From NCBI RefSeq assembly GCF_964204645.1, contig NC_134034.1, positions 1,361,972-1,425,971 of the forward strand: a stretch of 64,000 nucleotides of DNA, written 5' to 3'. Positions 1 to 12,067 of this stretch are shown here, piece by piece (position 1 is the stretch's first letter; each line of letters begins with the position of its first letter). The translations under genes and the position numbers were made by a program. Origin of the DNA: Tubulanus polymorphus. Taxonomy: Eukaryota > Animalia > Nemertea. The notes beneath the pieces are model-generated. The model searched no databases and was not told the origin of the DNA. It was given only the letters and a program-made list of their open reading frames with translations.

Positions 1-41
1 GAAGCGGCACTCTCACATTCAGTGACAAAGCGCTTGCTTAC

Positions 42-3000
42 CTTATCGATTTTATAATGACAAACCAACCTCTGGCAGGTGAATGAAATAGCGAACCCGT
101 CTCCATCTGAACTATCTCTCAATACAAACACCCTTGAAATAGAAGAATATTAGAATTGAATATCTATGGTGTCCCAATACTGCAGTCGTGTGGTGGGAGG
201 GGGGACTTGGCTAAAGAGGCATGACATCTTAGATGGATGATTGTTTATTTTGAAGTTGTCCTCCTTTATTTCACGCTTTTTGGTTGGCACAGGGACCTTA
301 AGCAAGCAAACTCGATTCCACTAGAATTGGGACCAGGGTCTGCCTGGGTATCTGCTATATTGTCGTTATCAAATTACTCTTTAGCGACGAAGGTTCTATT
401 CAAATTCTTACCCGTCGTCTGTCACGTGGTCGGCGAGCAGGCGTTCCGAGTCGTCACGTGATAACGGGCCGTGGTACCAAGGCTCATCGATCGGTTGACT
501 GGCCGAGTATCTATAAGTCTGTAATAGGGAATCAAATATTGTAGATAAATTCAGATGCACTGATTCAGTAAAATATGTTAGATATATTTTGAAGCATAGA
601 TAGTCCACTGTATCTGTAACTGTGAGGCTGCTTGATTTACGATGGCAACCGGGGAGGTTATAATGGCAGTTCGAATGGACAAGAGCTGGTGCTGCCACCT
701 CGTGCGATGTTAGGTACCTGGTCGCTGCTGCCGGATTTGTCGGAAAGTTTTCGAAGTTTATCGTGTCGTCGTAGCGTCACTTGATAATTATCGCGCAGTT
801 GATTCCCGTACTACAAAAAAAAAACAACAGGAGTAAAAATGAGTAAAAAAATCCCGCCATCCATCAGCGTTTGAGCATTTCAACGCGACGGTCGTGAGAT
901 CGAAAACTAACCTTCGCAAATCGTAGTCCCAGTCGCCACTTTCTCATGGCGTGTTCCGTATCGAAGCACAAACATGTGACGTCATTTTCCGATAGACTCT
1001 GATGATAAATAAGGATATATCAATCAATCTAAGACTAATAACCTTGATTAACAACCACTTATGACGTTAATGACTTTTAATTGAAGATGGCTAATTGATT
1101 AAAAATGATCTCCATAATTTATGCACTTAATCGTTCATTCACTTATCAATCTTAATTTATCTTTTTTCGAATTGATTCATTTGTCAATTTATCAACCTTT
1201 TCATCTTATCTAGGCAATATGGCATTTAATCTTATTTCATTTTACTTTATTTCTTAATAGTTTATTCACCAATCCATTCATGTTATTTTCCAAACGTCAA
1301 TGAACTTTTGTTTTAGTTTTCTCGTTCGAAGTTACCTTCAGCGCGATGACGAAGTTCGTGGCGGCGCCGCTGTAGAATTTCGCGGTCAGCGCGTCCAGAA
1401 CGATGTAGATCTCTTTATCCTCGATGCTGACGAACGGGCACAAGTGTTTGATCTCCTTCGACGTTCCCCGAGTCGAGTAGTAAATCCCGAACGCTCTCAG
1501 CAGACAGAAAGCTCGTTTCCACGATTTCTTACCCTTCTCTCGGAAGTGCAGATAGCTCTCCGTGTCCGGCAGACGATCGGTCGTTTTGAACATACTCTTT
1601 TTATTTGAAAATTTGAAAAATAAACGGTCGCCGTGACGTCATACACACGCAACCTCTTATCGTGCATAAGTAACTAAACGGTAAGAGGTCTGCCTCCATA
1701 GTTTTGAACATACTCTTTATTTGAAAATTCGAAAAATTAACGGTCGCCGTGACGTCATACCAAGCAACCTCTTATCGTGCATAAGTAACTAAACGGTAAG
1801 AGGTCTGCCTCCATAGTTTTGAACATACTCTTTATTTGAAAATTCGAAAAATTAACGGTCGCCGTGACGTCATACACACATGCAATCTCTTATCGTGCAT
1901 GAGTAACTAAACGGTCAGATGTCTGCCACCATAAATCACACTATGACATCATGAAAGTGTTTACGAGTGGATCGTTTCATGATGATGTCATAGGGGGATT
2001 CGTAGAGGCAGCCATCTTCTCTGGAAGTGTCTATAGATCAAATCACTGAGTTTCCATGGAAGCAGACATCTTTTCTAGAAGTGCCTTTAGATAGAATTAC
2101 TGGTAAATAATATTTGATGTCGTCATACGGGTATTGAAGGAGGGAGACATCTTTTTCTAGCATTTTTTTTTATAGCAAAAGGGTTCAGCACCAGTTTAGT
2201 ACCTGTAAAAGGAAAGCCTTGGCTCTTGCTGTTTTGTCCTCTTCCTGTGGTTTGTCTTTGCTGCTTCCTTTTCGTTCGGGCGGTTTCTTTTTGACGGGGA
2301 AATAAATCTACAAACGAACGATACAAGGTTTCAGTTGAAAAAAAAGACCAGGGTCTGGTTCCATATTCATGACTTATGTCAAAAAAGCGATCTTCAATCT
2401 TCTGACTATAGACGACTAGACTTAGATTCGTCTTAAATCTAAAGTCATGATCTGTGCATGCAACTGGCTTCAGTTTGAAATAAGTTTGAAATTTAGCAAC
2501 TGCAGATTCGTGCAAATTCCATACAAATATCTGTTACTGGTTTTCCCGCTGTCGATCTTACCTCTGGCCTCTGGAAAAAATCATACTTTCTAAAATCGTT
2601 TCTGAAAATCAGTCTGTTATCGGCATCGTCTGCCCACGAGTCTATGACTGGTACAATCATTTCATGATCTTCGAGAACCCGCTCTGGAAAAAATGGATTC
2701 AGCTACAATTTGTCGAATTTCTTTAGTGCAATTAAACACATACAACTGTGGATCTGGGTTCAGAGTCAAATTAATTAAAACACACAACTGTGGAACTGGG
2801 TCTGGAGTCAAATTAAATCCACACAACTGTGGAACTGGATCCAGAGTCAAATTAAACCCACACAACTGTGGAACTGGGTTCAGAGTCAAATTAAACCGGC
2901 ACAACTGTGGAACTGGGCCCAGAGTCGATTTAAACCTGCACAAATGTAGAACTGGGTTCACAGTCGATTTAAATCCAAACCACTGTAGAACTGGACCTCC

Positions 3001-6000
3001 CAGTCAGTTACTCACCGACGTTAAGCTGTTTAATGTACTCGACGATCGTCCAGTTTTTATCGTCGATCACGTGGTTTTTGATGACTAGCAGATAACACAA
3101 ATCACGAGCTTTCACCGAGTGATCGACAGACAGAGTTCTGTGAGTCCCATCAGTGTTATACACGTGCACTACAATCTATATCAATTATATCAACTTTAAT
3201 CATCATCATTGATCATCGTTATCATCAAATCATTTTCATCTTTTTCACCGGCTCAATCATTGCCGATAATCATCATTTTGTCGTCAGCATCATTTTTTTC
3301 AGGGTAAATCCATAATCCATCTTAATCGGGATTAGTCTGAGCTCTTCTAAGGGCTTTTTTCTATAATTCGACAAATCGACAATTGAGAAAAGAGACTGTT
3401 TACGAACCGTTCTGGTTTTAGTCGTCTCGCTCAGTCGCAGCGACGTGCGACGCAAAAACTCTTTTCTTATTTCATTTTCCGACTGAAACAAAGATTTCGT
3501 ACTATATCATCTATGAGTATGAATATTTAGAAGTATAAAAGAAATCATTTTTCTAGGAGACCAACTTTCAGTTCATCCGTAGCCGACTTTCTTCTGACGG
3601 AGGCGCCCGTTTTTTTAGCGTACACCTTTCCGCCGCTAGGTAGCGACACATTGCGGCGTTCCGATGCCGGTGAATTGTCGGCGCTCTTGGAATCGTCGCG
3701 CCTTTCGTGGTAAAATATCGGACTGCCCGGTAGTGATACACTACGAGCGAATGGGTTGTAGGCTTTCGACTGAATTCCACCTGAAACGATGCATTATGGG
3801 ATCAGAAAATTTGCATAGAACAACCAGACGTTAAAGATGGCGGCCTCAAATTTCACGCTGCCCGTTGACTGGATCTAAACACTCAGAGAAGTTGGCTGTA
3901 ACCGTAAATCCCCTTATGACATCGTCGAATTGTCTACTAGTGATTTGATCTATAAACCCTTCTATAAGAAGATTTCTGCCTCCACAAATCCCCCTATGAC
4001 GTCATAAAATCACCGCCATAAATACCCCAATGAGAAGAAATTGTCCATCAGTGATATGATCTACAGACACTTCTACAAATGATGTCTGCCTTCATGTTCC
4101 CCCTATGACATCATCATCATCGACCCATAGTAAGCTTCCTCCATTTCCATCACCATAGTAATTCGATGATATCATTGGGGGTAGTTGGTCCTGATAGGAA
4201 CCACACACGTTTCGCTATATTACCTTTCTGAATGGTTGAATTTTCTGGGAACACGTCATCATCCTGTGCTGCTGTGTCGTTTTCGTCATCAATCTCTTCG
4301 TAGTCTGGTATCAGTTCGGTGTCGTCGTCTATATCCGCGTAATCCGGTTCGGGATTACTATCTGAAAAATAAACCACAGGCAAAGAAAAAAAAAACAATC
4401 GAACACAAGAAAACATTTTGAACGATATTTTGTCGACCTCATTTTGTGCGGTTTCATATTATCTAACATCACGGACCTAATTCGAATCAATGATTCGTAG
4501 TTCTTGTTTTTTACCTCTTGACATCCGTCTCGCCATCTGAACCGGTCCTTGGATGTCATCTGGTAATTTGAACGGTTTTCGCGAATCGCCGGAACTCAGT
4601 CGCCTATCGCCACCTAGTGGCAACTGCTTGAGTTCGTCCACATTTTGTCTTCTATCGCTCATCGGTGACAAATACGACGTCATAGCCACCTGCTTGCCTA
4701 TTTCCCCGATGGTTTTCTTCCTGTCACCACCAGGTGGCGGGCTGGTATAATCATCACGGGCGGCCACTTGTATGACATTCCCGACACTTGGGAGGTGGCT
4801 CCATTCGACTGGTAATTTCGGGGTCTTCGATTTCGAACTAGGTTCCTTTTTGATGACACCGTCTGAAAACGAACACAAACAACACGGAGACTAAAGATAA
4901 GAGCGGGCTCAGCTAATTTGTGTCCAGTTCTTCTAAGTTGACGTTCAAGTTAAGATGATTTGTCCAGTTCCATGCTTTGCACTTTAAGACAAGTTTAAGC
5001 TCATTTTATTCGGTTGAGGTTCAAGAAAAGAAAAGACTAATTCCTGTATTTTAAAAAGTTCATTATTTCCATACAACAGACCTTAGCTGAAACCCTTTCC
5101 ATGTTGTTGGCATTAATGATTGCCGTTCCTGTGTGATTTCCTATAGGTGGCGAATTAGTGCAAATTAATTTTATATAGATTCATCGGAAATGTTTACCTC
5201 TGCGAGCTGATGGTGGCTTGGACCACACCCTGCCGCCGCCGCTGCTGCTGCTGCTACTGCTGGTGGTGGTTTTGAGTGTGGATGTTCTGGAATCATCTGT
5301 TTGTAACTGGTGCAATTGTTGTATAACATCACTTAGATCCGACTTTACTGAAAATAAAAAAATCTCCAGCCTCTAGAATTGAATTCATCTTCTCTGATAT
5401 TTGCGAGTTGAAAATCGGACTCTGGCAATTTGAAATTGATTTAGAGCATTTCATAACTCAATTGCAATTCCACGCAATAGATAAAAAGAGTGCTATTGTC
5501 TATTTCAACCTGACTTGAGAGCATTCCGGGTGGCCTAGCTCGCTAGTTTTTGGTAGTACATACCTGATAAAAGTCTTTTTAGGGCCAGAAAGGACAGGCA
5601 GTCGACCTAAATCATCATTTTTTAATCCATTTGAAACTGTATTGAAGGATATCCAAAAAGTCTTCACTGAAAGGGGTTAAATTATAGAAATAGACTCCAT
5701 GATTGAAAGTTTAACAATACGTTTCCATGCCTACATAGCAAACTTCAGTTGGTAGGCATAGAAACATATTGTTAAACTTTCAAATCATGGAGTCACTTCT
5801 CTTCATTTAACCCCTTTCAGTGAAGACTTTTTGGATATCCTTCAATACAGTTTCAAATGGATTAAAAATGATGATTTAGGTCGACTGCCAATGCATTCTG
5901 GTCCTAATAAGACTTTTATCAGGTATTTACCACCAAAACTGACTGAGCTAGGCCACCTGGAATGCTCTCAAGTCAGGTTGAAATAGACATTAGTAGTTTA

Positions 6001-6190
6001 TGTCAAGGTTCATGCTTTAGGGGTACTTGTTCTTGTACTTGTGATATTATATGAACTGTAAAATACCTTCCGTTTTTCGATTCTGATCTTGTTTCGCGCT
6101 CTTTCGATTTTCCTCTTCGATTTCCAGTGAATTCACTATTAAATCCATGCTCGCTAGCACGCCGTCAAGTTGTGACAAATCGGCCGCCAT
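42..6190 (-). CDS. Grb7/10/14-family (RA-PH-SH2) adaptor protein, 14 exons, 3' end outside the window
   Basis: Phase-consistent GT-AG exons: 6067-6190, 5198-5347, 4515-4862, 4224-4361, 3566-3780, 3408-3482, 3016-3175, 2562-2683, 2203-2307, 1336-1596, 912-998, 718-810, 412-518, 42-132. RA domain: IVVHVYNTDG...ARDLCYLLV...WTIVE...ERVLEDHE...FRNDFRKYDFFQRP. PH domain: ESYLHFREKGKKSWKRAFCLLRAFGIYYSTRGTSKE...LCFDTEHAMRKWRLGLRFAKYGNQLRDNY. SH2 start: PWYHGPLSRDDSERLL...DGVFVLRDS...FAISF...CHYKI. The start ATG sits in AAAATGG context. Confidence 0.9.
1584..1932. repeat. ~116-bp tandem repeat x3 overlapping the PH-exon splice acceptor
   Basis: ttttgaacatactcttt...ttgaaaat...aacggtcgccgtgacgtcatac...cttatcgtgcat...gtaactaaacgg recurs at ~1584, ~1702 and ~1817. 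Confidence 0.85.
2730..2998. repeat. ~36-bp satellite family A (cacaactgtggaactggatccagagtcaaattaaacc); other arrays at ~23690-23870, 36305-36660 (20-bp variant), 37035-37397, 51445-51730, 60555-61063, 63925-63990
   Basis: Tandem units visible directly; they produce the spurious NCGTG/PVPQLC ORFs. Confidence 0.9.
5493..5993. mobile_element. ~500-bp foldback (palindromic) non-autonomous element
   Basis: The left arm tgtctatttcaacctgacttgagagcattcc... is the reverse complement of the right arm ...ggaatgctctcaagtcaggttgaaatagaca along ~240 bp, with a short central loop near 5740. Confidence 0.85.
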
Positions 6191-6890
6191 TTTGTCGAAA
6201 TTTGTCTCCGCACCGCTACTTGATAACTCAAAATTAGAATCATCAGTTTCGCTACAATGATATCATGTACACATTTTATTCAGTTATTGAAGTTATTGTA
6301 TATTTCATAGATTGATCTCTTTTTAGAGATGTTTCGTTGAGGAACTTTTTTTCTGGGAAAAATTCTACTATGTTATGCAATTATTTCCCTTTTGATCACT
6401 TTTCTAAAAAAATTCAATTTCTAGCACTCCCTTTTGAGTTGTAGTGCGATTAAACGACTGTAAGACAACACTAGAACATGTCGATTAAGTTTGAGCAGCC
6501 AGGTTCGACTAGTTCGCCATCTAGTGGAAGTTAAAGTGAGGTATGTGACGCGTCATGCTTAAAAGTTAGCCCAGAGCCGGCCGCCTACCTACCCCGTACA
6601 TAACTTTTAAAGAAAAAAATCATGATCAGACTAACCCTAACAGACCCGACAGCTGTAGATACTGGTCACAAGTTTTATTGCAGTTTGCAAGAGTAGCTAA
6701 AAAAGCCACTCCGATTAGGATAAACAAGTTTTCATTTTTAAGCCTTTTAAACGTATGTCAAATTGATATACTCGACGACTGGTAGTACTGTGGAGGTAAC
6801 TGGTTTTATTTAGAAAATACGAACTATCGCTACTCGTGCACCGAGTACCAGGTTAATGAGCGTTCGGAATAAATCTAATGGAACAGAATA

Positions 6891-7163
6891 CAATCACGAT
6901 TGGTAGAACACTATATCCGTGTTGACGCGATGAGGAGAGAATCCCACAATGATAATAAAAAGTCCGAAAATGAAACTTCGAGATAGTAGTTTATTTCAAC
7001 GTTTCGACTATATCCTAATAGTCATCTTCAGGAATAAATCCATCTTCAGGAATTCATTTATTCCTGAAGATGACTATTAGGATATAGTCGAAACGTTGAA
7101 ATAAACTACTATCTCGAAGTTTCATTTTCGGACTTTTTATTATCATTGTGGGATTCTCTCCTC
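6891..7163. mobile_element. Penelope-like element terminal fragment in inverted-repeat form, with a hammerhead motif in each arm
   Basis: Perfect ~108-bp inverted arms (6931-7039, 7056-7164). Each arm contains ctgaaga-t-gactat-taggat-atagtc-gaaa-cgtt. Flanking 9-bp direct repeat aacagaata at 6882-6890 and 7164-7172 (probable TSD). Confidence 0.75.
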
Positions 7164-8093
7164 AACAGAATAGAATATCTAAGTTTATCGCTCCGTAGAA
7201 ATACAGTTGCTTGGAGCACAAAAACTAAATGAAAAAATTATGAATATTTGAAGAATTAATGCAGCACACAACAGGTAGATAGAAATAGTAAACATACGTG
7301 AACTCACTTACAAATAGATATGCACAGACAAGGACTTCAAGCAATTCAGAGGCGGCTTTGATCAAGCTGTTTTGCCTTAGACGTATCTGTAGTGAGAGTG
7401 ACACCCAAACGGTAAAATCTTATTATGTCATTTTCTCTATAAATACTATCGTTTATGAAATTGCTCATTTACCTCATAAAGCTGCTACTCAACACTAGTT
7501 GCGAAAACTCGGGATTTCTAATCAAATCAATTAAAACCTATAAGGTTCTACTTGTATTTACGTTTACTGATTTAGTTTCTGTCTTAAGACTAAATAATTC
7601 ACCAGAAATAATTGATTAACTTGAAAAAAATGTTCTTCCAATAGCCTTCTACAAATTCAACACTTACCCTTGTATTTCTGCCTAACGTCGTCGCACGTAG
7701 CTTATTGCGTATATGTTTTATACATATAGCAACTCGTGACAGTTTAAGTATATCCCAAACGAAGGTTTATATGTATCTAATAGGGTTATAGGGTTTATAA
7801 GAGGTGCTCTATTCGGATCAGAGTATTGCTGCTAAGTAGATCAGCTAATCTTAGTAAAACACGATAGCGCGCACGTATTTGTGTCGCGTTCCTCTGACAC
7901 ACGACAATCATAACGATTTGAAGTTTCATGACTTTCTAAAGCGACGCGATAAGATCATGAGTGTAAATCTTGTTCGAGTGCTTGTATTTATGCCGTAATG
8001 ATATGTTTAGATATAAGTGATTCGACGGGCGATAGAGGGCAGTGACTCCTTTGGACTCAATTCTACGAACCCCCACTTTTCAAAACAAAGATA

Positions 8094-8600
8094 GTAGTAA
8101 CGTTTAGACTCAATTCTATGAGACAATTTCAGAAACTAAGAGAATAGTGACGTTTAGACTCAATTCTATGAGACATTTTCAATAACTAAGAGAGTAGTGA
8201 CGTTTAGACTCAATTCTATGAGCCATTTTCAAAAACTAAGAGAGTAGTGACGTTTAGACTCAATTCTATGAACCATTTTCAAAAACTAAGGGAGTAGTGA
8301 TGTTTAGACTCAATTCTATGAGACAATTTCAGAAACTAAGAGAATAGTGACGTTTAGACTCAATTATATGAGACAATTTCAGAAACTAAGAGGGTAGTGA
8401 CGTTTAGACTCAATTCTATGAGCCATTTTCAAAAACTAAGAGAGTAGTGACGTTTAGACTCAATTCTATGAGACATTTTCAAAAACTAAGAGAATAGTGA
8501 TGTTTAGACTCAATTCTATGAGACAATTTCAGAAACTAAGAGAATAGTGACGTTTAGACTCAATTCTATGAACCATTTTCAAAAACTAAGGGAGTAGTGA
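8094..8600. repeat. 50-bp tandem repeat, ~10 copies
   Basis: Unit tagtgacgtttagactcaattctatgagacaatttcagaaactaagagaa. Confidence 0.95.
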
Positions 8601-9165
8601 AATTCAAATTCAAATTCATTTCAAAACTGATTTATCACGCAAGAGAGCAGTTGTAACAACGAAGCCTAACAGGTAGTTATGTTAGTAAAGAAAATCACAA
8701 ACGTTGCAAACTTTCTTTGAAACGATTTTTCCGTTTCATTGCTGAGTTAACGAATATTACAGCGATAGATTGAGAAGAAGTCGCTTTTTAGGCGTTCGAA
8801 AAAGAAATTTTCAACGTCTGCAACTTTTTTTGCGCGTACAACCTTGAATTTCTTTTAGCGAGGACTCAATCATGAATTTATTATCAAGCACGGCCGGATT
8901 TTCGATAGTTTGTAACCAATCAAGCGCGTCTCTGCTCCTAACCGACACCAGTTGAGTGCGTACGTGAGACTATATTTCGTAAATTTGCGTATTGGTTTTT
9001 TTAATGGTTGTTGACGAATGTACTTCGTTCCTGTCTGTCGTGTCTGTCTGGCGTTTCGAGGTCTGTCGCGTTCGCTATTAACGATCCCGGCTTCCGGCGA
9101 CACTGTCGAGCTACTAAGAACAGATATTGTGGTTTTACTATTCGTGGACGTTTCTGCGTGGAGCA

Positions 9166-10210
9166 ATGCCGTGTTATCGGAAATGTACCGTGCCCTCTTA
9201 CGAGATTCTTCTTGTGTTACTATCATTGATTGTGGGATTTTTAGCGTCACCATTAGCAGGTAAGATAAATTTATCGATGAAATACCTCGTAAATACGAAA
9301 GTCTAATAAGTTATAAGACAAATACTCGCTAAACGAAGTTTTAAAATCGAGAATTTATTCGATCAAAAATCAAACAAAAAAGGCAGGACGCGTTTCGATC
9401 TCTTCTTATAGAGATCTTGTCATCATGAGTGTGGTTAATCTGTTACTGTAATAAGTAATTTTGATTTGCCAAATCTAATCTGGCACGAGCCAAATTTGGT
9501 CCGGGATAAAAGCGTCCGCGTGCCCATCAGTTTAAGCATATTCTCTCTAAGCGAAAGTATAGTCGTTGATTTCTTTTTCAGGCCAGACGTACCCGAGTGC
9601 TGGTATTTACGGGCGGAGAGACGGAGATTGCGCAGGTTACGATATTCGCCGAGTGAGGCAGGGTAGCTTTTCGGCATGCACGAGAACCTGTGACGCAATA
9701 GCGTCGTGCAAATCGATGTCGGTCGGCAAGAAAAGTCCTAACGACTGTTGGCTGAAACGCGCCACGTGCAAGAATCGAGGCAAAAAGCTCATCTTCAACA
9801 CTTTCGAAAAACTGTACAAAAATTACGGTAAATATTTCTAATTGTATTGAGACGTGCTGCGTATTTACAAAAATGTCTTGTCGTCTGAGCTTAGTTGAAG
9901 AAAGTTCGTTCTAGGTGTCTCGCTAATTTGCATACATTTGCATATCGTTGCAGATGAAGGGAAAATTTTCCAATACAAAAACGACTCGAAAATGGCGGAT
10001 TCGCGACGACCTTTGAAAACAGGCGTTAAATTCATGTCAGCAGACGATGCGATAACCTGCATGTTGGCATGTAGCCAGGACTCGCAATGTTACATTTCAA
10101 ATTTCAACTCAAAAACATTCGAATGTTACACTTTTAGTTTGACGGATTACTATAGGCTGTTCCCAGTCGCGGCGCCCGGGTGGATCTTACATACTGTCTA
10201 TTTATGGTAA
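9166..10210 (+). CDS. Secreted two-PAN/Apple-domain protein, copy 1 (~198 aa, 3 exons)
   Basis: Exon 9166-9259 encodes the signal peptide MPCYRKCTVPSYEILLVLLSLIVGFLASPLA. Exon 9582-9827 encodes GDCAGYDI...CTRTCDAIASCKS...DCWLK (PAN Cys pattern). Exon 9954-10210 encodes CMLACSQDSQCYISNFNSKTFECY. Both introns are phase 1 GT-AG. Confidence 0.85.
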
Positions 10211-11996
10211 CATTCTGGTAACATATATAGGCCTAATGTATTTATACATATATTGGGTCTTTTTGTCAATAACGGCTTTTTGAAAACATCCGACAAAACC
10301 TTGACCCTTTTTGTCAGCTTTTAATGTTTAAATTTGCCGGTACTCGTACCTGAATATAACTCGTTTATGCGTTTCGTTTTCAAGTTCGCCGATATTGGTG
10401 TATGCAAATACACGTAACCGATAATATCGGGTTTAACTTCGTGTCAAGATGGTTGTGCGGGAGTTCGGACGAAGATGATTTTTGTCAAACGAATATGAAT
10501 AGTTCAATCTTATTCGCGCAGAGTGGTGACATTTCGCCTTTGAAAGAATATTTTTCCTAAATTATTAGAAAATGTCGATAGTAAGACCGTGGAGAAGTTT
10601 CCTGTCGTTGAATGGACGAATCACGGCGGTAGAATGCACGCTGTGCTAAGTTCGAAATAGGGATTGGGGCACAGTACGAAATCTATCGATGAAGTGAATA
10701 TCAGGGTCAATACCTATTGCAAGAATATGACGTATCTTTTTCCGTATTTCCAAAGGTTTTCACACACCAACTTAAATATTTATCTTCGCGAATGATATAT
10801 AATCCGTGTGTACAGTTGTTACTTGAAAATTTTCTTTGTCAAACTTTATTTACTTTAAGATATGATTTTAAATTGTAAGTACATGTACATCTGGACCTTT
10901 GTATGACCTGCTGTTGCGGTGATGAGTGTCAATAAATTTCCATTTTCCACAAACATCCAGAACCGAATGTCAAATTGTTACTAAGTTTCTCAACTTGCTA
11001 AAATCGTCACACGATAACGAACAGTATACGACCGTTTTAAAACGGGTCCCAGTTTGACGAAAGGAGTGCAATTCACGCGTCGTTAGTATCAAATAACGTA
11101 GCGGTAATTGGAAAGCTACTTCGTAAAACTCGAGTCTTCGAGTTAGATGACGATGACGATGATATCGATTTAAATTGGCTAGTCATATTTCGCATAATAT
11201 TAGGGCACATAAAATGGAGTTGTGAAATCGAAGTGTATAACGTACGACAGACGCCACTCGACAGACGACACTCGACAGACGACACTCGAGCGCGCAGTGA
11301 ATGTAAGAGTGTTGTATAACTGTGCAAAATAACAAACATATGAATAAATTATAAATGAACTTGAACGCATAATTAAAATGGCGACAAATCTCTATGCGGG
11401 GGAAACATTGCCGAAATCACAGATCGAACCAAACTATGATAATTTTGCAGTTTGAAATGACAAACCTGATTGAACTCAAAATGACATCTTAGAAATGAAG
11501 ACGATATAAGAGATAGGAATTTGTTTTTCGTCGCAAATAAGAACAGACATGAAAAAGAGGAAAAAAGAAAAAACAATAGATGAAACGATGAAAAACTCAA
11601 GATTCCCAGAGACCAGATAACCAATCTTACAACTTAAGACCAGTCTTATGATTTAAGACCACGACTCAGCTTCCTTCAGTAGTCTGTCAGAATTGTTGAT
11701 TTTGCCCTGGTTTTAGGTAATGAATGAACGTTGTGTTTTTTAGTTAGACTAATTTACTGAATTCCGTGAAAACAGCTAGAATTTTTCGTAGATAACAAGT
11801 TTGATGATTTGTAAAAGAACCGCCAGGTGTCCCTAGTAAATAGTCAGTCGTCCAGGTTCCAGTTTCTTTGCCACCTCGTAGATCCCAATCGAATCCATTT
11901 TCATGAATAAAATTAATTTTCACAATTCTGTTTTAGGGGCTCTTTTGACGATGGGTCTATGTGTATACGATAGTCACCAAGGACCGATAACTATAG

Positions 11997-12060
11997 TATA
12001 ATTCAAACACCGGACAGATAACGACAGGCCCGGTCATATATAATAAAATGGCGGACGTTA
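11997..12060 (+). promoter_or_regulatory. Putative snRNA proximal sequence element region upstream of U1 copy 1 (matching region ~17041-17104 for copy 2)
   Basis: ataatt(c/t)aaacaccgg(a/t)ca...ataac at about -70 to -45 and tatata...aaaatggcggacgttacgtaagc are conserved in both U1 copies. PSE identity is inferred from position. Confidence 0.45.
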
Positions 12061-12067
12061 CGTAAGC

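Noticed and set aside
2662-3000. ORFs with NCGTG / PVPQLC repeats (also 36516-37322, 51412-51663, 60501-61088)
   Set aside because: Translations of the 36-bp satellite A; they are open on both strands and often intronic
8094-8600. Regular repeat arrays resembling CRISPR
   Set aside because: Head-to-tail units without unique spacers, no cas genes, eukaryotic context
10560-10730. Possible coding remnant (ENVDSKTVEKFPVVEW...)
   Set aside because: In-frame stop, no recognisable family, no matching exons
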